Positions 29,928-40,278 of a DNA stretch of 64,000 nucleotides are shown here, piece by piece; position 1 is the stretch's first letter; each line of letters starts with the position of its first letter. Source of the DNA: Candidatus Latescibacterota bacterium (GTDB lineage Bacteria > Latescibacterota > UBA2968); contig OZ240241.1 in NCBI GenBank assembly GCA_965198115.1, forward strand, positions 1,568,001-1,632,000, given 5' to 3'. The position numbers and the translations under genes are program-made. The notes under the pieces are model-generated. The model was not told the DNA's origin. It saw nothing but the letters and a program-made list of their open reading frames with translations, and did not search any database.

Positions 29928-31195
29928 ACACCACGCCGTCCATTCGTCGTCAAAACCAGGGCCTGCTGGCCCCGTTGTCTGTCCCGGACTACCGTCGGCT
30001 CCTCATCAGCAACGCGTTGTGGTGGCAGGCTTCGTGGATGGAAATGATCGTGATCGGCTGGCTCGTCCTGGAGCTGACCGATTCGCCGTGGCAGGTCGCC
30101 CTCGTCATGTTCTATGGTTCCGTTCCCCGGCTGGTCTGGGGACTCGCCAGCGGTGCCGTTGTCGACCGAGTCGGTCGGCGCCGCATCATTCTTACGTGCC
30201 AGACGGTGAACCTGCTCGGCTACGCCACGATCGCGGCGCTCATCTGGACGGATCAACTCGTCTTCTGGCACCTCTGCGTTGTCTCCTTTATCGTCGGCAC
30301 CGCTTGGGCCTTCGATTGGCTCGCTCGCAGATCCTACTTGCCCGATCTCGTGGGCAAGGCACGAACCGTCGACGCGATGTTGCTCGAGAACTTCGCGCAG
30401 ATTGTCTCCCGCATCCTCGGGCCGTTCACCGGGGGTGTCCTGATCGACGCACTCGGTCCGAAGGGATGCTACGTCGTGCTCGTCGGTCTCTCCCTTCTCG
30501 CCCTGATCATCCTCACCGGGCTGTCCGCCAAGCCCAGACCGTCGACTTCGCGTCCCATACGACACGTCATCCGGGACATCGTAGATGGGTTCCGGTATGT
30601 CCGTCGTACCGAAGCCATTTTCGGCACGTTCATCATCACCGTCATCATGAACAACCTATCGTTTTCCTACATGGCTCTCTTACCCGTGTTTGCGCGGGAT
30701 GTGTTGGGACAGGGTGCAACGGGGCTTGGTATCCTCGGAACGGGAAATGGCATCGGTGCCCTGATTGGTCTCTTCATCATCAAATCCGTTCGACGCAAGA
30801 TCAGCACCGGGCTGATTTTCAGCTTCGGATCCGTGATCCAGCCGATCGCCTTGTTTGCCTTCTCGAACTCAACCGTGTTCGAACTGTCGCTCGGTCTCCT
30901 CATCTGTGCCGGTATCGGGCAAGCGTCGTTCAGCGTGATGCAGAGCTCCATCGTGCTCGTCAACGCGAGTGACGAAATGCGAAGTCGCGCCATGGGCAGC
31001 ATCGTCATCGGCATCGGCGCAGGTCCCCCAGGCAAGCTCCAGGTCGGCGCTCTCGCCGAAGCTTTCGGCGCGCCTTTCGCCCTGGGCGCTCAGACGTCGG
31101 TCTGCACCATCGCCGTGCTCACGATCGCCATGCTCATGCCCGGCCTCAGGCGAGCGAGGGAGCCCGATCCCGTCACAGCGGCCGCAGACGATTGA
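29924..31195 (+). CDS. MFS transporter
   Basis: About 12 TM segments, GAVVDRVGRRR motif A; GTGA overlap with the GNAT gene. Confidence 0.9.
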   Translation: MNTTPSIRRQNQGLLAPLSVPDYRRLLISNALWWQASWMEMIVIGWLVLELTDSPWQVALVMFYGSVPRLVWGLASGAVVDRVGRRRIILTCQTVNLLGYATIAALIWTDQLVFWHLCVVSFIVGTAWAFDWLARRSYLPDLVGKARTVDAMLLENFAQIVSRILGPFTGGVLIDALGPKGCYVVLVGLSLLALIILTGLSAKPRPSTSRPIRHVIRDIVDGFRYVRRTEAIFGTFIITVIMNNLSFSYMALLPVFARDVLGQGATGLGILGTGNGIGALIGLFIIKSVRRKISTGLIFSFGSVIQPIALFAFSNSTVFELSLGLLICAGIGQASFSVMQSSIVLVNASDEMRSRAMGSIVIGIGAGPPGKLQVGALAEAFGAPFALGAQTSVCTIAVLTIAMLMPGLRRAREPDPVTAAADD

Positions 31196-31218
31196 TCTGA
31201 CCATTGCACCATTTTGGG

Positions 31219-31241
31219 GTCACGGCGTGCCGTGACCCTAC
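31219..31241. repeat. GTAG-type REP
   Basis: gtcacggcgtgccgtgaccctac; sibling at 39118-39140. Confidence 0.7.
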
Positions 31242-31275
31242 GCGGGATTGCAGATTACCTCAAACAGGAAACCCT

Positions 31276-32876
31276 ATGCTCCACACCCGCTCGCTCGACG
31301 ACCGAACGACCGAGATCTACCGCAGCCCCGGTCGCTTCACCAAGAATCCCGACCTCATCCGTCTCGACTCGGGTCGCCTCATGCTCGTTTACAGCGACAC
31401 CGATTCACATTGGTCGCAGGTGGACCAGATCCTCACGACCGTCGTCAGCGACGACGATGGCCACACGTGGTCGAAACATCGCGAGGTGGCCACAGCCGAC
31501 ATCGCAGCAGGTGACGAGCGGCTCGTGACGCCTCGACTAAGCAAGCTCGGCGACCGCCGTCTCGTCATCTTGTGCGATCACAACGACGAAGGCCATTTCC
31601 ACGAGGATCAGGCATCGGGAAACTGGGCGTGGTGGAGCGACGACGACGGAGAAACCTGGTCCGACGGCCAGGTAACGGGTATTGGCGGGTTCGAACCCGA
31701 TCGAATGATGGACCTGCCCGACGGCCGTCTGGGCGTCGTCTCCCACATCATGCGTGGCGAGACCCAGGACTCGCGGTCATCCTCACGGTGTCGAGCGATG
31801 GCGGGTCGACGTGGCACGAAGCGGCCACCATCGCTCACGACGGCTACCACCGATTCTGCGAAGGCGCGCTCGTTTATCTACACGACGGCCGCCGTCTCGC
31901 CTGCGTCATGCGTGAAAACCATTCCGCCGGCATCCCTTCTTTCGTCACCTTTTCCGATGACAGCAGCAAGACGTGGGGGCCTCCGCAACCGTTGCCGTTC
32001 GCGCTCCACCGGCCCTACGCCAAGCAACTGGATGACGGTCGTGTCCTCGTCACCGGACGCCACGTCAACGGTGGGCTCGGGTGCTACGGATGGTGTGGCG
32101 ATTTGGAAGAGGAGGCTGGAACGGTCTCGGTCGGAGGTCCACCCAGGGCGTTCGATGCCGAACTCAGGGACGACGCCCTCGTCATCGCAAATCATCCCGG
32201 ACACGAATGTCGCTACACCTTGCTCCCGGCCGAGGATGCCAGGAGCGACGTCGACTTCGAGGCAGAAGTCAGGGTCGAAGGACCCGGCGACGAGGCCATC
32301 GCCTTCCTCTCCATCAACGCGATCAGCACACGCAAGGACGGACCACCCGTCCTATACCTCTTCCCCGACCGGATCACGCTCAATCGACAGACCGCCGATT
32401 TTGGCAAAGCCGTGGACATGACCGTCTGGCGAACCGTTCGACTTCGGCATCGACGCGGCCTCCTCACGGTGTCGGTCGACGGCAACGTCCTGGTCAGCGC
32501 GAGCGTCTTTCGCGAACCCCCTCCGATCGTCGACTATCGGGGCGGCGATGTTCAGAAACGGACCCAGTTCGGCCAGCTGGGCTCGACCGGCACCTCCTGG
32601 TGGCGCAGCGTCCGGTATCGTACCGGAAACCGCACGCTCCCGGACTACACGTGGTCCTGGCGGGTCGTCGAAAACCGCTGGCCGGACCAGTACCAGAGAG
32701 ATCGGCTGATCCAGATACACGCCAACGACCGGCACGAAATGCCCGACCACGGCTACTCCTCCTGGCTTGTGCTCCCCGATGATCGGATCGTCTTCGTCGA
32801 CTACACCAATCGGGGTGACGAACTTGGCAAGAGCCATCTGGTCGGTTGTCACATCACAATGGACGACCTCGCATAG
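31276..32876 (+). CDS. BNR/Asp-box sialidase-like protein with an inserted beta domain; frameshift near 31770
   Basis: SDDDGHTW, SDDDGETW, SSDGGSTW, SDDSSKTW, DHGYS across two frames. Confidence 0.8.
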
Positions 32877-32967
32877 CCCACCCATTCCGCGGTTGACGTC
32901 TCCATACGGCGATGCGAACGTGTAGCCCACCATCCTGAATCAGCCCAACCCAGGGAACCGGTCAACC

Positions 32968-35221
32968 GTGCAAAGCAAGTCCGATGCAGCACCCGCAACA
33001 GAATTCACACCGGATGAGCGCGGGTTTGTCCGGCACTGGGTCTGCGCCGGCCCCACCGCGACTCCCTCGTCGTCACAAGCACCACTGCGCGAAAGTAGTA
33101 TCCTCGTCACACCACTCCGCCTACCGACGGCCGTGACAGCAGGGGGACCCGGGCCGGAGGGCAGGCGGTGGCTCTTCCACTCACCGGGGTCGAACTGGTT
33201 TCTCGATCGCAGCGGGTTCTATCACAGCCACCACCGCCTCGAACTCTGGGCCGCCACAGACTTCGTCTCAAGCAGTGCCGTCGACTTGAGTTTTCGTGTT
33301 TGGACCCCGAACACGCTCGACCTCTGGTGCGGTTCCTCGCATCGTCTGAGGTTCGAAACGCCTTCACCTGGCAGGACCACGCCCTCAGCCATCAACGCGC
33401 TGCCGCTTCTGCCCGGACGGACACGCATCCTCGTCTATCTACAGGAACTGGCCGTACGCAACACGCCGTTCCAATTCGCCCTGGAAGTGATAGAGGGAGG
33501 GACGCTGAGCATCGCCGTGCCCGGAGACCCATCGCTCACGCCAGCGCTCGCCGCGATCGACGGTTGGCTCGAAACCGTGTCCTCGAATAGCAACCGACTG
33601 GTTGCGACCGCTGTCCCAACCGTTCCCGTCGATGTCATCCTGGATCGTGACGATGGAGCGATCCATCGATCCTGGCCCCACAATGAATCCGAATTGACCT
33701 GGCACGAAGATCGAATCACGGGCATCCAGCTCTCGGCGAGATTCGACGACCACAGACTCGAGCGGAGGTTCGAGCGCCCGATCGGCGATCGGTTGACTAC
33801 CCCGGGAGAGTCGTTGGACGATTTCCGTCTTCGCTATCTCGAGCACCTCGCCTTTACCGCGTCGGGAGACCATTCAGGCCTTGCTCGCCCGATACGCGCT
33901 CGACAAGCTCGATCGAGAAGCCGACGAGGAAGCCCTGCAAAATGCCCTCGACCACGTCGCAAAACGCCTGGACGGATCGGAAGATCACCTCGCCGTCATG
34001 ATCCGTCTCTACGCGCTTGGCTGGGGCCATCCCGAACAGCGCCGCCGGATCGAGCTCATTGTGACCGGCATCGACTGGGACAGCGAACTCGATACGGAAT
34101 CGTGAGGGAGGTCCCGCGAAGGTCAGGACCTGCTGCTCCGAACGTGCCGCTATCTCGCCGCAACACAGTTGCGGGAGGTCGCATTTTCCGATGCTGGAAG
34201 GACGGCCTCGGATCTGGCCGAATCGGGCCTCGAACAGTGCACATCGTGGCTAACGGAGCTGGAATCCAGCGGGTTTGAGACCTTCATGAGTGGGATTCAG
34301 ACGCCGATCACGATTGCCGCTCTGCTCAACGTGTGCGACTTCGCCCCGGATGGACAGCTGAAACAAAAAGCCTCCGCTCTGCTCGATCGTTTGCTGTATC
34401 AACTGGCCGAACACACGTTCGATGGCGTCACCGTCGGTCCCCAGGGAGATGCTGACCGGCGGGTCCTTTACCCGCATACCTCAGGAAGCCAGGGCCTCCT
34501 CTCGTGGGCGCTCGGAGAGGACATCGTCGAGTCGTTCAACCCCTGGGCGACCTTCCTCGCCACATCGGCCGCCTATCGATCGCCCCAGGACCTTCGAACT
34601 CACATCGATCGTCCCGTCAGTCGGACGTATTACGAAGCGGGGCTACCTATCACGATTCACAAAACGACATACGCCATGCTCTCGAGCGTGCGCATCGACG
34701 ATACACATCGGTCCGTAGACCGGAGACGGTCGGGTCACCTCTGGTGCGCCACCATCTCCAGTCGGTGCCACGTCTTCACGAACCATCCGTCGACACCCGG
34801 TGACGGCCACATCGGGCGCCCCGGATTCTGGCACGGGAACGGTGTGGTCCCCCGAGTCGCACAGGAGAAAAACGTCGTCTATCAGGTCTTCGACATCCCC
34901 GAAGATCACCCCATCGGGTTCACGCACGCGCACTGGCCCCTGGATGCGTTCGTGGAAACAGATGGGAAAGATGGGTGGCACTTCGGATTGGCAGAAAAGG
35001 GTCTCATCGGGCTCTGGTGCAGCGAGCCCACGCAGGTCGAAAGCGATATCCTCGTCGAGCGTGAGCTCCGAGCCTGGGGACGCCAGGTCGCGTGGATCTG
35101 CGTCTGTGGAGGGGCCGACGAGGGGCCCTTGACGGCGTTAGTCGATACGTGTGTCGCCAGTCGACCCGAATTCAGGCTTCCCACCCGCCAGCTCCTGTGG
35201 GAAGGCCAGGTCGTCCTGTGA
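32968..35221 (+). CDS. Large hypothetical protein; frameshift near 33885 and in-frame TGA at 34103
   Basis: Three consecutive ORF pieces; C-terminal FTNHP, RPGFWHGNGVVPRVAQ, FTHAHWP. Confidence 0.6.
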
Positions 35222-35252
35222 GGGACAGGGTCCGTCACGACAATAATGAGCA

Positions 35253-35304
35253 CGTGGGGATGAATCCCCACGCAACGACAGCGAAGCCCGCTGAAGCGGG
35301 CTAA
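35253..35304. repeat. Two-hairpin REP unit of the family flanking tnpA
   Basis: cgtggggatgaatccccacg + agcccgctgaagcgggctaa. Confidence 0.75.
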
Positions 35305-35319
35305 AACCAGGAACCCTTC

Positions 35320-36783
35320 ATGCCGACACCCAACATCGTTTACATCTGTTCGGACCAGCACAGCTTTCGCTTCACAGGCTACGCCGGTCATCCGCTGGTC
35401 CAATCGCCCAGCATGGATGCACTCGCCGAACGGGGAACCGTCTTCAGCAGCGCCTATTGTGGAAGCCCCGTCTGCGTGCCTGGACGTGCCTGTTTGATGA
35501 CGGGGATGTATCCATCCGACTGCAACTCGTTCTGCAACTCGACTGTCTGGGACGGCTCGTATCCAACCTGGGGCACCTTGATGGGCAAAGCCGGATACCA
35601 TTGTGTCGCCACGGGAAAGTTCGATCTGGACGCGGAGCGTGAGCTCGGTTTCGAGTGCATGACTGTCACCAACGGCCACGCGATCGACGCCGACATCACA
35701 TCGCTCTTCAGGCGGCCCTTGCTGGGATTTCGCAATGGTCAGCGGGCGGGTATGGATGGTGGAACGCGAGAAGAGCCCCATCGCGACAAGAAATACACCG
35801 ACATTGCGACAGATTGGATACACGAGAAATCGAGGGGTATCGACGGGCCCTGGCTGCTCTATGCGGGTTTCTCGCAGCCCCACTCTCCCTTTCGCTGCCT
35901 GCCCGAACACTTCGAAAAGTACCCGCTCGATCGCATCGACCTGCCTGACTTCACGAACGAAGAGCGGGAACAGATGCACGAGCCCTATCAGATGCGACGT
36001 TCGAACCCCTCGACCTCCGTTCCGGTCCCCGAACAGAATCTGCGTCGCATGCGAGCAGCCTACTACGGCATGATCACCGAACTCGACGACTACATCGGGC
36101 AGATTGTCGCAGCCCTCGAGTCGACCGGACAGCTCGACGACACGATCGTGCTCTACACCTCGGACCACGGCGAGTCGCTCGGTGAACACGATCTCTGGAC
36201 CAAGGGCAACATGTTCGAGGACTCTGCCCACATTCCCCTCGTGATGGCGGGGCCGGGCATCCCCTCTGGACAGACCGTCGACACCGCCGTGGCCCACGTC
36301 GACCTCGTTCCCACGATGCTCGACATCGCTGGGGGCGACACGCCCGACCACCTCCGCGGGCATTCACTCATCCCGTTAATGTCTGGAGAACCCGGCAACC
36401 ATCCAGGTTTCTCCTACACCGAGAGTCATTCCGGCGGCAATGTGACTGGATCCTACCTGATCCGGGAAGGCGACTGGAAGTACATTCACTTCACGTGGTT
36501 CGATGACCTGCTGTTCAACGTCGCCGAAGATCCGATGGAGAAGATCAACCGCATCGACGACCCAGACGTTTCCGAAATTCTCGACCGGCTGCGCGAGAGG
36601 CTGCACAGCCAAGTACAGCCCGAAGCGCTTACACGGCGCGCTTTCCAGGTTCAGCGGGACTTCCTCGATTCCTACGTGGCCTCGAAGACCGAAGATGAAC
36701 TCACCGCCGCCTTCGAGAGTCGGATGGGACCCGGTTTTGCGCGGGCCATGGCTGTGAAGTGCAAATCGGGCTCGATGGGTTAG
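35320..36783 (+). CDS. Sulfatase (choline-sulfatase-like)
   Basis: PNIVYICSDQH, CVPGR, TSDHG, WTKG. Confidence 0.93.
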   Translation: MPTPNIVYICSDQHSFRFTGYAGHPLVQSPSMDALAERGTVFSSAYCGSPVCVPGRACLMTGMYPSDCNSFCNSTVWDGSYPTWGTLMGKAGYHCVATGKFDLDAERELGFECMTVTNGHAIDADITSLFRRPLLGFRNGQRAGMDGGTREEPHRDKKYTDIATDWIHEKSRGIDGPWLLYAGFSQPHSPFRCLPEHFEKYPLDRIDLPDFTNEEREQMHEPYQMRRSNPSTSVPVPEQNLRRMRAAYYGMITELDDYIGQIVAALESTGQLDDTIVLYTSDHGESLGEHDLWTKGNMFEDSAHIPLVMAGPGIPSGQTVDTAVAHVDLVPTMLDIAGGDTPDHLRGHSLIPLMSGEPGNHPGFSYTESHSGGNVTGSYLIREGDWKYIHFTWFDDLLFNVAEDPMEKINRIDDPDVSEILDRLRERLHSQVQPEALTRRAFQVQRDFLDSYVASKTEDELTAAFESRMGPGFARAMAVKCKSGSMG

Positions 36784-36823
36784 CACTCACTTCTGGAGCG
36801 TTCGGTTGCGGTGTTTTCGCCTC

Positions 36824-37441
36824 GTGTGCGCGGGGCTGAAGCCCCGCACACTATGTAGCGAAGCCGGCTCAGATCCTCAATCCTCGGAATCACAGTGTTC
36901 CATTCGGTCAATCGTTGATCCCTTGCTATGATGGAGCTTCTGATTTCGTACATAGCGAATGACGTCTTCTAGATCCCGTTCCGCGAACGTGAAAGCACCG
37001 TATCCCTGCTGCCATTTGAATGACGACTGTTTCATCGCTTTGTTCATGAAATGGGCAGAACTCCCTTTCAATTTTCCGAGCGCTTCCGAAACAGACACCG
37101 TCGCTCCCCAACTCGCTACAACGTGAATATGGTCTTCGGTTCCGTCCACGGCGAATATCCTATATCCGTAGGCTGGCCCCGTCGATCCCACATATTGATA
37201 CAGCCGCTCTTGTGTTGGTGAATGTATGAGTGGCTTACGTCGAGTTGTCGACCAGACCAGATGGTAATACAACTTCGTCCACGCTTTGGACATTCTGTTC
37301 TCCTGCAAGTTGCTGTTGAAGGAACCTTTCCAGATCTTGGATAGATCAGCCTTGTCACAGGAGACCATTGCATAAACCGTGCCTCACAGTTAGCCCGCTT
37401 CAGCGGGCTTTGCTAGGCTGTGCGGGGCTTCAGCCCAGCAC
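36824..37441 (-). mobile_element. Y1 transposase flanked by inverted REP-like units (REPtron/IS200-like)
   Basis: gtgcgcggggctgaagccccgcacac on the left; ttagcccgcttcagcgggctttgc..gtgcggggcttcagcccagcac on the right. Confidence 0.75.
36877..37293 (-). CDS. tnpA: IS200/IS605-family HUH Y1 transposase
   Basis: YYHLVWST, EDHIH (HUH), LKGSS, WQQGY, YVRNQ. Confidence 0.93.
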   Translation of the reverse strand: MSKAWTKLYYHLVWSTTRRKPLIHSPTQERLYQYVGSTGPAYGYRIFAVDGTEDHIHVVASWGATVSVSEALGKLKGSSAHFMNKAMKQSSFKWQQGYGAFTFAERDLEDVIRYVRNQKLHHSKGSTIDRMEHCDSED

Positions 37442-37459
37442 AGCAGAACAGATCAGGTA

Positions 37460-39091
37460 ATGTCACAATCAACTGACAAAAGCCCATCCAAAGAGCCCCT
37501 CCCCAATTTCCTCTGGATCTCCCTCGAGGACACGAGTCCGCGTTTCGGTTGCTATGGGGACACGCTTGCCCGCACGCCCAACCTCGACCGCCTCGCGAGT
37601 GAGGGGCGACGATACACGAACGCTTTTTCCACGGCGGGCGTCTGCGCGCCGAGTCGATCGGCCATCATCACCGGTGTCTACCAGACGTCGATGGGCACGC
37701 ATCACATGCGAACGACCCACACGAATCCGAACGCGCCGGAGTTGCCGACGCCCTATTCGGCCGTTCCCCCGCACTACGTAAAGACGATCACCGAGTACCT
37801 TCGAGCCGCCGGCTACTTTTGCACGAACAATAAGAAGACGGACTACCAGTTCACCCCACCGTTCACGGCGTGGGACGAGTTGGGCGACCACGCTCACTGG
37901 CGCAACCGAAGGCGACACGACCAGCCCTTCTTCGCGGTTTTCAACCCCACGGTCACCCACGAGAGCGGGATGTGGCCCAAGGAGGATGATCGTCCACCCA
38001 TCACGGATCCCGACAAGGTCGAGCTACCCCCCTACATTCCGGACACGCCGAAGTGTCGCGCGGCCTTGGCCAAACACTACGACAACCTCGAAATCGCAGA
38101 TGGGATTGTCGGAGACATTCTTGCCGAGCTCGACGAGGACGGCCTTGCCGACGACACGATCGTCATGATCTGGAGCGATCACGGCGAGGGCTTGCCGCGC
38201 GGGAAACGATGGCCCTACGACCGCGGCATCCGCATCCCCCTCATCGTACGTTGGCCGGGAGAGATCGAGCCCGGAGACGTATCGGACAACCTGGTAAGCC
38301 TGATCGATCTGGGCCCGACGCTCCTATCGCTGGGAGCCGATGTCCCTCGCCACTTACAAGGTCAGCCGTTTCTGGGGCCCAGAGCCGTAGAACGAGAATA
38401 CGTCTACGCGTCGAGGGACCGCCACGACGAGGCGTACGACATGGTTCGCGCCGTTCGAGACAAACGGTACAAGTACCTTCGCAACTTCTATCCCGAAAAG
38501 CCCTACCTCCTCTGGATCCCGTACCGAAACCGGCATCCTATGCTTCAGGAGATCTGGAGGTTACACCGTGAAGGGGGGCTCGAGGGTCCGCAGCAGCGGT
38601 TGGTGGATACGCATCGCCCGCCGGAAGAACTCTACGACACACACGCCGATCCGTGGGAGATCCACGACCTGTCGAAAAACCCGGCACATCGGGAAACTCT
38701 GATGCGGATGAGGGCCGCCCTAGATGAGTGGCGCCGCGAGGTGGGCGATATGGGCGTGGTGTCGGAAGAGGAAATGGTCGACGGTTGGTGGCCCAATGGT
38801 CGGCAACCGAGGACGGGCACGCCGACCTTCATCCCGATCGATCACGATCACGCAGGGACGGAGGCCGCACCCGAGGAAATCGCCCTAGAAGCGCCTGCAC
38901 TGCTTCAGATGCAGTGCGGGACACAGGGTGCGTCGATCGGCTACACGTTCGAAGAAGGGGACGAGGCTCGTTGGTTGTTGTATTCGGAGCCCCTTCGGCT
39001 GAATCCGGGCACCTACCGCCTCCGTGCGAAGGCCATCCGGATCGGGTATGAGGAGAGCGACGAGCGGGTGGGGACGTTCGAGGTGAGGTAG
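37460..39091 (+). CDS. Sulfatase with C-terminal Fn3-associated/chitobiase-like domain
   Basis: CAPSR, WSDHG..LPRGKRW, ELYD..DPWE; tail TQGASIGYT..LYSEP..LRAKAIRIGYEES. Confidence 0.92.
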   Translation: MSQSTDKSPSKEPLPNFLWISLEDTSPRFGCYGDTLARTPNLDRLASEGRRYTNAFSTAGVCAPSRSAIITGVYQTSMGTHHMRTTHTNPNAPELPTPYSAVPPHYVKTITEYLRAAGYFCTNNKKTDYQFTPPFTAWDELGDHAHWRNRRRHDQPFFAVFNPTVTHESGMWPKEDDRPPITDPDKVELPPYIPDTPKCRAALAKHYDNLEIADGIVGDILAELDEDGLADDTIVMIWSDHGEGLPRGKRWPYDRGIRIPLIVRWPGEIEPGDVSDNLVSLIDLGPTLLSLGADVPRHLQGQPFLGPRAVEREYVYASRDRHDEAYDMVRAVRDKRYKYLRNFYPEKPYLLWIPYRNRHPMLQEIWRLHREGGLEGPQQRLVDTHRPPEELYDTHADPWEIHDLSKNPAHRETLMRMRAALDEWRREVGDMGVVSEEEMVDGWWPNGRQPRTGTPTFIPIDHDHAGTEAAPEEIALEAPALLQMQCGTQGASIGYTFEEGDEARWLLYSEPLRLNPGTYRLRAKAIRIGYEESDERVGTFEVR

Positions 39092-39140
39092 GGTATCCCA
39101 CGCGTGGTGTCCGTAGAGTCACGGCATTCCGTGACCCTAC
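39088..39140. repeat. GTAG-type REP doublet between convergent genes
   Basis: gtagggtatccc... and gtcacggcattccgtgaccctac. Confidence 0.65.
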
Positions 39141-40126
39141 CCTAAAATCGACTCAACCTCCTCCTCCAACCTTCGATCCAACCGCGCCCCCAACTTCGAC
39201 ACGACCTGGGCCCCTGCATAGTTCGCGAGCTGAGTGGCCTGCTCGTTCGAATAACCGTTCGTGATGCCGAAGAGAAACGCCCCCGCGAAAGCATCCCCGG
39301 CACCGTTGGTGTCGACCACGTCGACAGAGTAGCCCTTCACTTCGCGTACGTTTCCCTTGTCCGAAACCACGGCGCCCTCGCCTCCAAGCGTCACGACGTA
39401 GTCCCCGACGACTTTACCCAATACGGAGCACGCTGCCCCCACCCCATCTCGATCCGTATACGTCTTCGCCTCTCCCTCGTTGGCGAAAAGGAGGTCGATA
39501 CCCCCCTTAATCACCGATTCGAGTGGCTCTCGGAAGACATCGATGATGAATCCGTCGCTCAACGTCAAGGCTACCTTCGCCCCGACGGCGTGTGCCTCCT
39601 TCTGCGTCTTCAGAGCCGCTTCGACACCCGTGCCCGAAGATAGCAAGTAGCCCTCGATGTAGACGACACCGCTGTTCTCTATCACCGCACTCTCGACCTG
39701 TTCGGGGCCGAAAGTCGACGTGATGCCCAGAAACGTGTTCATGCTGCGTTCGCCGTCTGGCGTGATCAGAACAAGGCACGTTCCCGTCACACCCTCATCT
39801 CGATTGGAGCGGTTCGATTCTACGCCTGCCTCCGACAGATCATCGAGGTAGAAATCACCCGCCTCGTCGGTCCCCACCTTACACCCATAGTAGGATGACC
39901 CACCAAGACCACTCACCATGATCATCGTGTTGGCCGCCGACCCCCCGGACGTCCGTTGCAGGGGCTCCCCTTCGACGGCATCGCTCAGCGCCTGCTGACG
40001 GCCCTCATCGACCAGGGTCATTCCCCCCTTTTCAACGTCCATTCGACTCAGATACTCGTCATCGACCTGGTATTGAACGTCCACGAGCGCGTTACCGATA
40101 CCGTAGACGTTGTAGCGCTTCGACAT
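39137..40126 (-). CDS. PfkB family kinase (adenosine kinase-like)
   Basis: GIGNALVD, SGGSAANT, LFANE, VDTNGAGDAF. Confidence 0.92.
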   Translation of the reverse strand: MSKRYNVYGIGNALVDVQYQVDDEYLSRMDVEKGGMTLVDEGRQQALSDAVEGEPLQRTSGGSAANTMIMVSGLGGSSYYGCKVGTDEAGDFYLDDLSEAGVESNRSNRDEGVTGTCLVLITPDGERSMNTFLGITSTFGPEQVESAVIENSGVVYIEGYLLSSGTGVEAALKTQKEAHAVGAKVALTLSDGFIIDVFREPLESVIKGGIDLLFANEGEAKTYTDRDGVGAACSVLGKVVGDYVVTLGGEGAVVSDKGNVREVKGYSVDVVDTNGAGDAFAGAFLFGITNGYSNEQATQLANYAGAQVVSKLGARLDRRLEEEVESILG

Positions 40127-40278
40127 GCAGACTCCTTGTGTAACCGTGATAAAGGCGTATCTTGGGGCCCACGATATAGCAAAGTTGAGATCGGCGCAAC
40201 TGACGACTAGACAACAGGTTGGACGAATCACCGCCTGAACCTCCGAGTCCTTCGCCCGGATCGCCCTCATCCAGAGTC

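Noticed and set aside
36877-37460. IS605 element with a TnpB/IscB RNA-guided nuclease
   Set aside because: No RuvC-type ORF lies next to tnpA; both neighbours are sulfatases.
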